A DNA stretch of 64,000 bases. Origin: Stegostoma tigrinum (lineage: Eukaryota). Location: the NCBI RefSeq assembly GCF_030684315.1, contig NC_081396.1, forward strand, positions 5,766,001 to 5,830,000. The letters are read 5' to 3'. How positions within the stretch are numbered: position 1 is the first letter of the stretch; each line of letters opens with the position of its first letter. A program made the position numbers and the translations under genes. Below, in pieces: positions 13,644-24,085 of the stretch. Under the pieces are notes generated by a model that was given only the letters and a program-made list of their open reading frames with translations, was not told the origin of the DNA and did not search any database.

Positions 13644-13858
13644 AACTCGAGGTTCGCTCCTTAAAACCTTCCCGTTTATTCAGATAAGACAAGTCTTGAG
13701 ACCCTGAATCCATTGGCCCATCGATCACCTCAACGGACACTGATAAATGCAAGTCAAGCCCATCCTCCTGCACCAATTCATTGCAGATCACCACCCAGTC
13801 TCGCAGAGTCGCCTGTTGCTTCCCATCACCAAAACCATCAACTCCAAGCACGGGAACG

Positions 13859-14335
13859 ATGTACATTCTCCTCGTTTTGATCTTATGTCTCTGTTTGCCC
13901 AGTAAGTACAGATCACGGGAAACTACATTGTGCATAATTGAAATTACCTTACTGCCCGAGCTCGTCCGAGTCGCAGACCGAGGCTGGGGTTTTAACCCAG
14001 TCATGAGGGTCTCTTCTAATTCTCACTCACCTCACTCTGTTTAATGTCTAGGTTATTTCAGTCAGTCGGTGACACAGAGCCCGGGAACAGTGACCAGGAA
14101 GGAGTGCCAGTCCGTCAGCATCTTCTGTGAGTTCAGTAGCACTTATTCAGGTGATCAATTTAGGCGTGGGCATTTCTTCAAAAAAACGCAGACGGCGAAG
14201 GATTGGGAGCGGATCACCAGCAGCGGGAGATTTGTTGTGTCCACGAATGAAGCACAAAAGACATTTTCCTTGGAAATTCGGGATATCAGAGTTGAAGACT
14301 CTGCCACCTATTACTGTAAGGCTCAGTTCTACAGG
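13859..14335 (+). CDS. NAR-TCR V segment (IgNAR-like V): leader exon 13859-13901, V exon 14052-14335
   Basis: MYILLVLILCLCLP(S)YFS-QSVTQSPGTVTRKECQSVSIFCEF...GHFFKKTQTAKDWERITSSGRFVVSTNEAQKTFSLEIRDIRVEDSATYYCKAQFYR; GTAAGT donor, AG acceptor, phase 1; NAR-type CDR2 deletion, F in place of the conserved W, extra FR1 Cys, YYCKA. Confidence 0.93.
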
Positions 14336-14373
14336 CACAGTGATGGCCCTCGGCTTCTCGTCGCATAAAATCT
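14336..14373 (+). other. RSS of NAR-TCR V (22-bp spacer)
   Basis: CACAGTG 14336-14342 + 22 nt + ATAAAATCT (6/9 consensus). Confidence 0.8.
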
Positions 14374-14708
14374 CTCACTGGAGATCACCTCAGAAACAAA
14401 TTGAAAACCAAGTGAATCTTCCGGAAATTCCCACAATTCTGTCTCCCAGTTTTTCCCTACAGTTCAACTTATACTGAGTTTGGACAATTGTCAACAGCAT
14501 CTTGAGTTTCACAGGTTCCAAGTACATTCAGATGGCGAAGTCTTTCCCTGGATTACTGCGCGTGATTGCAAATTCGGAAAGACTGACCACGTTCAGAGGA
14601 TGCTCACACGAGCCGGGATCTTGTTCTAACTGGAATCCAGAAATGTAGTCCAGATGTTTCAGTAATGTCCCCACATCAGTTCTTCGAACATTTAACACAG
14701 GCTTGGAA

Positions 14709-14759
14709 CATTGTGTAAGGCTGGGGGAATGCACAGTGAGAAGGGGCCGACGAAATTTC
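14709..14759 (+). other. NAR-TCR D segment (coding 14716-14731 TAAGGCTGGGGGAATG) with flanking heptamers
   Basis: CATTGTG (14709-14715) and CACAGTG (14732-14738) flank a G-rich 16-mer between V and J; 3' RSS has an 11-12 nt spacer and weak nonamer; 5' nonamer poor. Confidence 0.72.
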
Positions 14760-15070
14760 TCTGGATTGATAATGTAGAAATTCTCCAGCTCCTACCGTCA
14801 ATTGAGGGCCTGAACTTCGCTTTGTTGCAGTATGGGTTCATTTACTTTCATCTCCACCAACCAATATTGTTTTTTGTTAGATTCTCCTCTATTTGTGTGA
14901 AGTGAACATCTTCCGCCCGCACTCTGCATTATTTTCAGTAAGGTCAGAAAATGAGATTGAATCAAAGGAAACTTGGGCACGTCGAGTATTGGTTATTTCT
15001 GTAAATCACCAAAATATATGAACTGTTCAAACCGCGTAATGATGATTCCATTTCCCTTTGAGGTATTGTT

Positions 15071-15159
15071 TGTTCTTGTACAGGGGAGACTGTGAGGAGC
15101 ATCACTGTGATACGATGACTATGTAGATGGATCCGGGTCGGTGCTGATTGTCACAGCTG
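15071..15159 (+). CDS. NAR-TCR J segment (15110-15159) with 5' 23-RSS
   Basis: TGTTCTTGT (15071-15079) + 23 nt + CACTGTG (15103-15109); YDDYVDGSGSVLIVTA (NAR-type xGxG without F/W); phase-1 GTAAGT donor at 15160. Confidence 0.9.
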
Positions 15160-17916
15160 GTAAGTCAGTCCTCTCTTCACCATTCTATACTCTGTCGTGG
15201 TGAATGTTCAGTTTATTACCGTGACCTTTCATTGCATCGAAATTAAAGCAAACATTTTGCAAACAAAAAAATCATCTGCATTGCAGTGTCCGAATTGTTA
15301 GTTGAATACGAGAGCTGGGATCCGATTTGCTCAGGCGAAAGACTATGAAACCTGGTTACGAGTCGAAAATTTCACTGCATGTAGGGCATTATTAGTCCAA
15401 CAGTCAACAGTAACTTGTGACCGAAGGGACACAGCGTACCGCTCAGGTCAGAGGAGTTGCATCGTGGAGCACAAACGGGGCAGGAATTTAAGTCTGGGGT
15501 GTAAGGTCCAGAGTGGGAAAACATGATAAAAACATATGCCTCACGAAAGAATTGAAACAATCACCTAGCGAACATCCAACATTTGTGATCCAGCGATATG
15601 TCAAGATGAATGTTCAACATTGGGGAATTGTTGAGATGAATGATCGATATGGCATTTTTCTCAATGGTTCTTATATTTGTTTTCATATAACCAATCATGC
15701 TCCTAACATTCCAGACTTAGACGTGGATGTGAGCCCATTTTTATTTTAAGTACAGCTCGTTGAGATGTCACTTTGCTGTAATGTAGCTGCTGAAGGCAAG
15801 AAATGCAAACTGAAGAAATACTCATTCAGAACAAGAAAGTAAAAGCTCCCCAAAAAGAATTGATGACAATTTCTGGGCCATCAATCAAAGTATCACCCCT
15901 CACCAGTGTGTTTCGTGAGCCATATGGAGGAGAAGGCCTGGAATCGTGGGTAAAGGTTTGCTCGCCTTACTTGAGGCTGGAACGGTTTACTTTGGAGCAG
16001 GTGTGGAGAAGATTCATCATTCAGTCACTGAAGATGACATTGTTCTCCATTGTGGGGTGATTGTGAAGTTTGAGCTGCATTGCTCGGCGTTTAGAAGAAG
16101 GAAATGTGATCTCATTTAAATATTAACAATTGTTAAGTGAGAGATGCTCAGTGGAATTTAGCCGCGCTGAAAAGTAGACAAAGGGGTCACAGTTTGAGAC
16201 TGAGAGATCAGCAAATATAACTGAGAAGACATGATATAATTCAGTCGATCATTTGTCTTGATACTGTGGCATTCTGTAATTCAGAAAGTAGCAGAGGCCC
16301 AAAGCCTGACAAATTTCGATGGGTCGCTCTTTCCTCTGAGAACCAGGGAAGCAACACGAGACTTCCTGGAAATCTTAGTACCATGATCTAGCAAATGGGG
16401 TGAATGAGACTGAGCCAAGAGCATCGAAACATTAATATATCATGCTCAATGACAGAATAAACCAAGTCATGAACGTGGAGAAATATATAAAATGAGATGG
16501 TAGAATGTAAAACTTGTCTCATGAGAGATTGGAGAACATGCTATTGTGTCATTAATGGAGGGTTTTGAAAACGCAGGGAGGAGAACAGAATACACTTACA
16601 AAGCATGCTAGATGGGCAATGTAAATCAGATTTCAGACTGGGGCGGGCGCATCACTGGGGCCGATTGACCTGACTCGTGTCTTAATATTTAACGCAAAAT
16701 AAAAACAGAATAAACTCCAGTCAAAGTACCCAAAAGAGAATAAATCTGTTCAAATAATTGAAACTGAGGGAGATCTGGAGGGGAAATCCCATCAATAACA
16801 GAAAAACTTCTCAGCAAACAATACGGACTAAACACAGATGATGACTGAACGGTGTTGGCACGATTGAATGAAAGGAAAACGGGACAAAGGAAACCCAGAA
16901 ATAAAACGACACTAATCGAAAATGATGCACGTTGGTGGTAAACAGATAAGGAAGTGACCTGATTTGCAAATAAAATTTCATGTAGATCAAAACTCGGGTG
17001 GAATCTTCTGTGAAAAGTTAAACTCCAGGGAATAATTGAGTTAATCGCTGCGGAACAAACACGTGCATATCGGTGCAAACCAGTTGGATGACCTTTGGGC
17101 ATTTAATTGTGGAAATTGATTATACAGTGATAGCCATACAGCACGGAAATGTGAGCTTGCATCCAAGTGGTCCTTGTCAGCCAGGTGTCCGAAACTGAAG
17201 TAATATCATGCGTCTGCGTTTGGTCTGTATCCCTCGAAACATTTAGCATTCATTTACATGTTCCAAATATGCTTTCATTGCTTTAACTGCACCTGCCTCG
17301 AACACTAACTCTGGGAATTCATTTCATGTACGCGCCACTCTCTGTGTGCAAAAGCTGCCCCGTCAGGGCCGTTAAAAATCTTTTCCATTTCACCTTAAAC
17401 CTTCGCCCTCCAGCTTGGAAAGTAAATTTAAGAAGTTCCCTCGGACTTATCTGCCAACAGAATAAGTAGAATTTAAAAAGTCCCCTCGGGCTTATCTTTC
17501 GACAGAATAAGTAGAAGCAGAAGCGTAACATTCACCACAGAATCATTCCCGATGCCATTCAGCCCCCAACTGACTCCTATCCTCTTCTGATTGCTCCCAA
17601 GGTCCTGGTATACTCCCCATAGCCCTGCATTTTCTGACTGATTCTGCTGCTGTCGATTACCCATTTGAAACGTACAGCTGAATCAGTTTCTAACCCCAGT
17701 TTTGAAAACGTATTGCTCATCATTAGAATAAAATAAATCAAACAAAGGGTCGTCTGATCGCCTAATCAGCTTATTATTTCGATAAAAGGGAAATAGGTTC
17801 AAATGGGCTATCAAGTCATTGAAATGCCACAAAAAAAGAGAACAATCCCAGTGATGTCCAATTTCTCCAAGAAACAGAGGCTGAAGAAAGTAATGGTGTT
17901 CAATATCATTCCACAG

Positions 17917-18196
17917 ATTCCGACTACCTGCTCCCCAAGAGTCCGCCTCTGCAAACCCCTCTTGTTGGTGCCACTGTTACCATAAGCGCTGAATATTCAG
18001 GATTGTGTCAGTACTCAGTTTATTGGTACAGACAGTCTCCAGGAGAGGCTCCGAAATTCCTTCTCCAAACAGGCGCTTCTGTTGCTGAAGGAAGAATTTC
18101 TGCTTCCATTGATCCTGAGGCGAAAATCGCTCGGTTAGTTATCTCTCGAACACAGTTGAGTGATTCTGCTGTTTACTACTGTGCACGGAGACGGCG
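17917..18196 (+). CDS. Leaderless supporting TCR-delta V segment of NAR-TCR
   Basis: Acceptor ttccacag at 17909-17916, in phase with the J donor; (D)SDYLLPKSPPLQTPLVGATVTISAEYSGLCQYSVYWYRQSPGEAPKFLL...LSDSAVYYCARRR; CDR1 Cys; no leader exon seen. Confidence 0.88.
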
Positions 18197-18525
18197 CACA
18201 GTGATACACAGGACGGAGAGAGTTTCACAAGAACCTGAACACGGTGGGGATTACCAACACAGTGATACAGAGATCGGAGAGACCTGCACAAAAACCTGAA
18301 GATGGTGAAATTACAGACACACAGTGACACAGAGCACAGAGAGAGCTCTTCAAAAACCCGGACATGGTGGAGATTACAAACACAGCGATCCGGAGCAGGA
18401 AAAGAGATGAATCAGAACATGATCATAGTGCGATGACAGACATAGTGGTGCAGAGATAGCCGTCCAAAGGTCTGAACATAGTGAGGGTTACAGACGCAGA
18501 GCACGGACAGAGCGGCATAAAATCA
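18197..18525 (+). repeat. Tandem ~61-bp repeat, each unit carrying a 23-spacer RSS
   Basis: Heptamers at 18197, 18258, 18320 (CACAGTG), 18381 (CACAGCG), 18441 (CATAGTG); nonamers ACAAGAACC (18227), ACAAAAACC (18288), TCAAAAACC (18350), each after exactly 23 nt. Confidence 0.92.
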
Positions 18526-18870
18526 TGTGTGCAGAGGTTTGTACAGCTGAAATCTGAGCCCGGGGTTGGGGTGAAGAGCGCGGGATGGTTTGTCGTCAAA
18601 TTCTGCACGTTTGATAGCAATTATTGTTCGGCAATGCACTGGTGATCGAGAAAAAGTCTCACTCATTGGAAGAATTCTGATTTTTTCTGTAAACTAGTAT
18701 CTCAGGTAACTTGCAGAATATTACACGCTTTTTTGGGAAATCAATCATTAAAAGAGATGTCCTGTCATGTTTTCCGTACGGAGCAGTTATTCGGAACGGG
18801 TTCATCAATAACTTGAGTGTTCCAGTTGGATAATCATTGGAACAGGAAATGCAAACTGGACTATCGGAAA

Positions 18871-21758
18871 CCAAAGATAACAGTGTGTGGAGCTGGATGA
18901 ACACAGCAGGCCGAGCAGCATCTCAGGAGCACAAAAGCTGACGTTTCGGGCCTAGACCCTTCATCAGAGAGGCGGATGGGGTGAGGGTTCTGGAATAAAT
19001 AGGGAGAGAGGGGGAGGGAGGAGATGGACCGAAGATGGAGAGAGGAGAAGATAGGTGGAGAGGGGAGTATAGGTGGGGAGGGGATAGGTCAGTCCGGGTT
19101 GGACCGACAGGTCAAGGAGGTGGGATGATGTTAGTAGGTAGGAGATGGAGGTGCGGCTTGAGGTGGTGGGAAGGTATAGATGAGATGCAGAACAGGTTAT
19201 GGAGGCGGGGACGAGCTGAGCTGGTTTTGGGAAGCAGTGGGGGGAGGGGAGATTTTGAAGCTTATGAAATCCATATTGAGACCATTGTGCTGCAGGGTTC
19301 CCAAGCGGAATATGAGTTGCCGTTCCTGCAACGTACGGGTGGCATCATTATGACATTACAGGAGGCCCAGGATGGACATGCCGTTTCAGGAATAGGAGGG
19401 GGAGTGGAAATGGTTTGCGACTGGGAGGTGCAGTTGTTTATAGTGAACCGAGCAGAGGTGTTCTGCAAAGCTGTCCCCAAGCCTCTGCGTGGTTTCCCCA
19501 ATATAGAGGGAGCCACAACGGGTACAGCGAATGCAGAATACCACATTAGCGAATGTGCAGGTGAACATCTGCTTGATATGGAAAGTCATCTTGGGGCCTG
19601 GGATAGGGGTGAGGGAGGAGGTGTAGGTGCAAGTGTAGCACTTCCTGCGGTTGCAGGGGAAGGTGCCAGGTGTGGTGGGGTTGGAGGGGGAGTGTGGAAC
19701 ACACAAGGGAGTCACGGACAGAGTGGTGTCCCCAGAAGGAAGGCAAGGTTGGGGATGGAAAAATGTCTTTGATGGTGGGGTCGGATTGTAAATGGCGGAA
19801 GTGTCAGAGGATGATGCATTGTATCCGGAGGTTGGTGGGGTGGTATGTGAGGACGAGGGGGATTCTCTTAGGGCAGTTATAGAGGAGGCAGGGTGTGAGG
19901 GATGTGTTTCAGGAAATGCGGGAGACACGGTCAAGGGCATTCTCGACCACTGCCAGGGGAAGTTGCAGTCCTTTTAGAACAACGACATCTGGGATGTACG
20001 GGAGTGGAATGCCTCATCCTTGAAGCAGATGCGGCGGAGGCGGAGGAATTGGGAATAGGGGATGGAATTTTTGCAGGAGGGTGGGTGGGAGGAGGTGTAT
20101 TCTAGGTAGCTGTGGGAGTCAGCGGGCTTGAAATGGACATCAGTTTCTAGCTGGTGGCCTGAGATGGAGACAGAGAGGACCAGGAAGGTGAGGGATGTGT
20201 TGGAGATGATCCAGGTGAATTTGAGGTTGGGGTGGAAGATGTTGGTGAATTCGATGAACTGTTCAAGATCCTCTTGGGAGCAGGAGGCGGCGCCAATACA
20301 GCCATTAATCTAACGGAGGAAAAATTGGTGTTTGGGGCCTGTGCAGATGCAGAAGAGGGACTGTTCAATGTCACCTACAAAGAGGCAGGCATTGCTTGGG
20401 CCCATGTCGGTATCCGTGGCCATCCCCTTAGTCTGTAGGAAGTGGGAGGAATCGAAAGAGAAGTTGTTGAGGGTGAGGACGAGTTCGGCTAGGCGGATGA
20501 GAGTGTTGGTAGAGGGGGACTGGTCGGGCCTGCGGGACAGGAAGAAGTGGAGGGCCTTGAGGCCATCTGAATGGGGAATGCAGGTGTATAGGGACTGTAC
20601 ATCCATGGTGAAAATGAGGTGTTGGGGACCGGGGCATTGGAAGTTCTGGAGGAGTTGGAGGTCGTGGATGGTGTCGCGGACATAGGTAGAGAGTTCCTGG
20701 ACCAAGGGGGAGTACAGATAGGTGGAGATGAGTTCGGTGGGGCAGGAGTAAGCAGAGCCAATGGGTCGACCAGGGCAGGCGAGTTTGTGGATTTTTGGGA
20801 AGGAGATAGATGTGGGTGGTGCGGGGTTGGGGAACAATGAGGTTGGAGGCTGTGGGTGGGACGTCCGCTGAGGTAATGAGGTTTGGATGATGATGGTTTG
20901 GTGCTCGGGGGGGGGGGTGGGGTCATGATCCGGGGGCAGTAGGAGGAGGTGCCGGAGAGTTGGCATCTGGTCTCAGCAATGTAGAGGTCAGTGCCATACT
21001 ACATTGCGCCTCCCTTGTCTGTGGGTTTGATGGTGTGGTTGGGATTGGAGCAGACGGAGCGGAGGGCTGCACGTTCTGCAGGGGAGAGGTTGGAATGGGT
21101 GAGAGTGGTGGAGAGGTTGAGGAGATTGCTATCTCGACGGCTGCTGGAGATGAATAAGTCGAGGGAGGAAAGGAGGCCTGGGGCGGGGTGTCCAGGAGGA
21201 GGACTTGTGTTGGAGGCAGGTGAAGGTCTCAGTGGAGGGAGGGTTCGGATCACGGTTAGAGAAGTAAGCGTGGAGGCGGAGGTGGCAGTAGAACTGCTCG
21301 ATGTAAAAACGTGACTGGTATTCGTTGATGTGTGGGTGGAGGGGTCAAAGGTGAGCCCCTTGCTAAGGACTGACTGTTCGTCCTTAGTCAGGGGGAGGCC
21401 TGGGGGGATGGTCTGACCCTAACCCTAACTCTAACACTGTCGCAGCCGCACCTCCCTTTCCAACCTACTAACCTCATCCCACACCCTTGATCTGTCCGTC
21501 CTCCCCAGACTGACCTATCCCCTCCCTACCTGCCCACCTATACTCTCCTCTCCACATATCTTCTCCTCTATCCATCTTCGGTCCGCCTCCCCCTCTCTAC
21601 ATATTTATTTCAGAACCCTCTCTCCATCCCCCTTTTCTGATGAAGTGTCGAGGCACAAAACGTCAACTATTGTGCTCCAAAGATGCTGCTTGCTCTGCTG
21701 TGTTCGTCAAGCTCTACACTTTGTTGCGCAGATTCTCCAGCATCAGCACTTCCCATCA
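18871..21758 (-). mobile_element. Penelope-like element (RT and GIY-YIG, degenerate) with inverted pLTR copy at its 5' end
   Basis: IKPTDKGG, FTMDVQSLYTCIPH, QTKGMAT..MGPS, CGSLYIGET; 21440-21758 is an inverted copy of the 3' region; TATCGGAAA flanks both ends (18862-18870, 21759-21767). Confidence 0.9.
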
Positions 21759-23319
21759 TATCGGAAAACAGCAAAGGCTTGGGACATAATTGGGTTCCAC
21801 CTTCATAGAGGCGGCCCATAGAAAGTTAAATAGCATTCTTCTGAGCTCTACAAATTCATGGTTTTAATTTTCGCTTTCTTTTATGAAATGAAGATGAATG
21901 TAAGTAAACATTCTGACATAAATGAGACATTTAATCTCCAAAAACCATGTTTCCAAGCATGACCTCGTCAGGTTCTGTCACTGCTCCCAGGAAGATCTAA
22001 CCAAAAGCATAAATTCACTCAAATTGAACATCGACTTCCAAAGATCAGTAATTCTGACAGATCAACACTCTCGGGAATGTTCTATTAGTTTTTCTTTAAC
22101 TTTACTTTTTGGCTATCGAGGTGCACTACTATATTAAATTCAAATGAATGCAAACTTTCACAGTCTGTTCCACTTTATTCCTGCAAGTAGTTTGTTCTAA
22201 TTGTGGTTTGTGTCATCGTGGAAGCTTGTCCCAAAGCCTCTCAGAAGTCGTTTTGTTTCAGTAGATGCAGTTTCCGCTGTGGTTTTACAGTTACTTACTG
22301 GGCGCTGACTCTTCAACAGCTCTGACAATTTCACTTCCCTCCAAAACGTTGTCTGATTCCTTCCCGTGTTCTCTGGGACGAGTTTCGTCTGAAATTTATA
22401 ACATGCTCAACCTTCGCAGCAGGGAAAGGAAACTTGCCCAATTTGACAGCTCCAGTGTTTTTACGTCGTGATAGCCCCTCTCTGCTCTCCGGTAATGAAT
22501 GCAGGTCATGTACTCCTTCAGACCTTTCCCACTCTGTCGTGTTCTATTCTGCTCTGACCTGTCTTTTTATGAGTGCACTATTCTTCATATCGCTGTCTGT
22601 TCTTTTAGTAAACTTTGGCATTCATGGCTCTTTCCCGTGGAGTCACGCCCAAAATAGATTTTCCGAATTCATTTCACTTAGCTAGTGTACAATAAAAAAT
22701 ATTTCTGTTCAGTCACATCCTGGTTCCACGTTTAGCGTAGAAAAGAAAGCCAATCTGTTCAAACTCGTCAGAAGGAGATTAATTGTTGCTAGTCCCAATT
22801 TTGGCAAGAGAATACGTCATCGCTGATCATGCATGAAAGTAAAATTTAGAAACACAGAAGGAGATTCCAACCTCGAGATTGGACTGCCATTTCCTACGAT
22901 GGTAGTTCATCTTCTCATCACCCATGGAGTGGCCTGGAGGAGTAAAACTCCAATTTGACTCAAGAAACTCGATATCATCTCGTAAAAAGCTTGGTGTGCA
23001 ATGCCTCCAGAAATGTTCAATCCCTGCATAATAGATGCCAGTAAGAGAAGTTTTACCATCTATAGCATACATTGCAGAAACAAAGAAAATTGGAACTTAA
23101 GTGAGTTTCCTTTGGCCTATTAACAAATTTTGATGAGGATAGGAACAAACTTAAATGCTTTGTATTATAGACGTGGCTCTGTCTTCGGTAGTGAATTGCT
23201 CGTCCTCAGTATTATTTTGCTAACGTCTGTCAACTCATTATAATGCTATGGTTGTGCCTCCAGTGTACTTTCCCAGGTAATAAGCATTATTTTACAAGCT
23301 CTGTCTCCGTTGAGGCCAT

Positions 23320-24085
23320 GATATTCCCGATGTGGTGTCCTCTACATCGGGGAAACCAAGCAGAGTTTTGGGAACGGCTTTGTGGAACACCTACGGTCTA
23401 ACGAGTGGGAGGTGGTTTTGAAATGGTTCCCAACTGGGAGGTTCCGTTGTTTGTTGTGAACCATTTCAACACCCCAACCCGCACATCCTTCGACAACATG
23501 TCCATCCTGAGTCTCCTGTAGCACCACAACGATGCCACCCAAAGTTTGCAGGAACAGCTCCTCAGATTTTGCTTCAGAACCCTGCAGCACAATGGTATCA
23601 ATGTGGGCTTCACAATGTTCAAAATGTCCCCTCCCCAAAATGCATCCCAAAACCGGTCGAGCTTGCCCCCACCTCCCTAATCTATCCTTCCTTCCACCTA
23701 TCCACTCCTACCACCTCAAGCCCCACCCCTATCTCCAAATTATGAGCCTCATTCTACCCCGCCCCCTGACCTGTCCTTCCTCCCTGGAGGAACCGATCAC
23801 CTCCTTAACTCACCACATAAAATCACCATTCCTGGCTCCAAACCCGCACCTTTACCCCGTCTGTCTTCTCTACAAATATCTTGTCCTTTATCCGTTTTCT
23901 ATTCACCTCCTCCTCTCTCTCTCTCTCTCTCTGTTTCAGAATCCCCTTCCCTTTCCCCATTTCTGAAGAAGGGTCTAGACGTGAAACATCAGCTTTTCTG
24001 CTCCTCTGATGCTGTTTGGCCTGCTGTGTTCGTCCAGCTCTATGCCATGTTATCTCAGAATATCCAGCATCAGCAGTTTCTACTA
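23320..24085 (+). mobile_element. Penelope-like element 3' fragment
   Basis: CGVLYIGETKQ remnant and the same 3' pLTR/hammerhead-like tail. Confidence 0.75.

Noticed and set aside
18197-18525. CRISPR-like repeat-spacer appearance
   Set aside because: Vertebrate DNA; the conserved parts are RSS heptamers and nonamers, the intervening sequences are related to each other, and there are no cas genes
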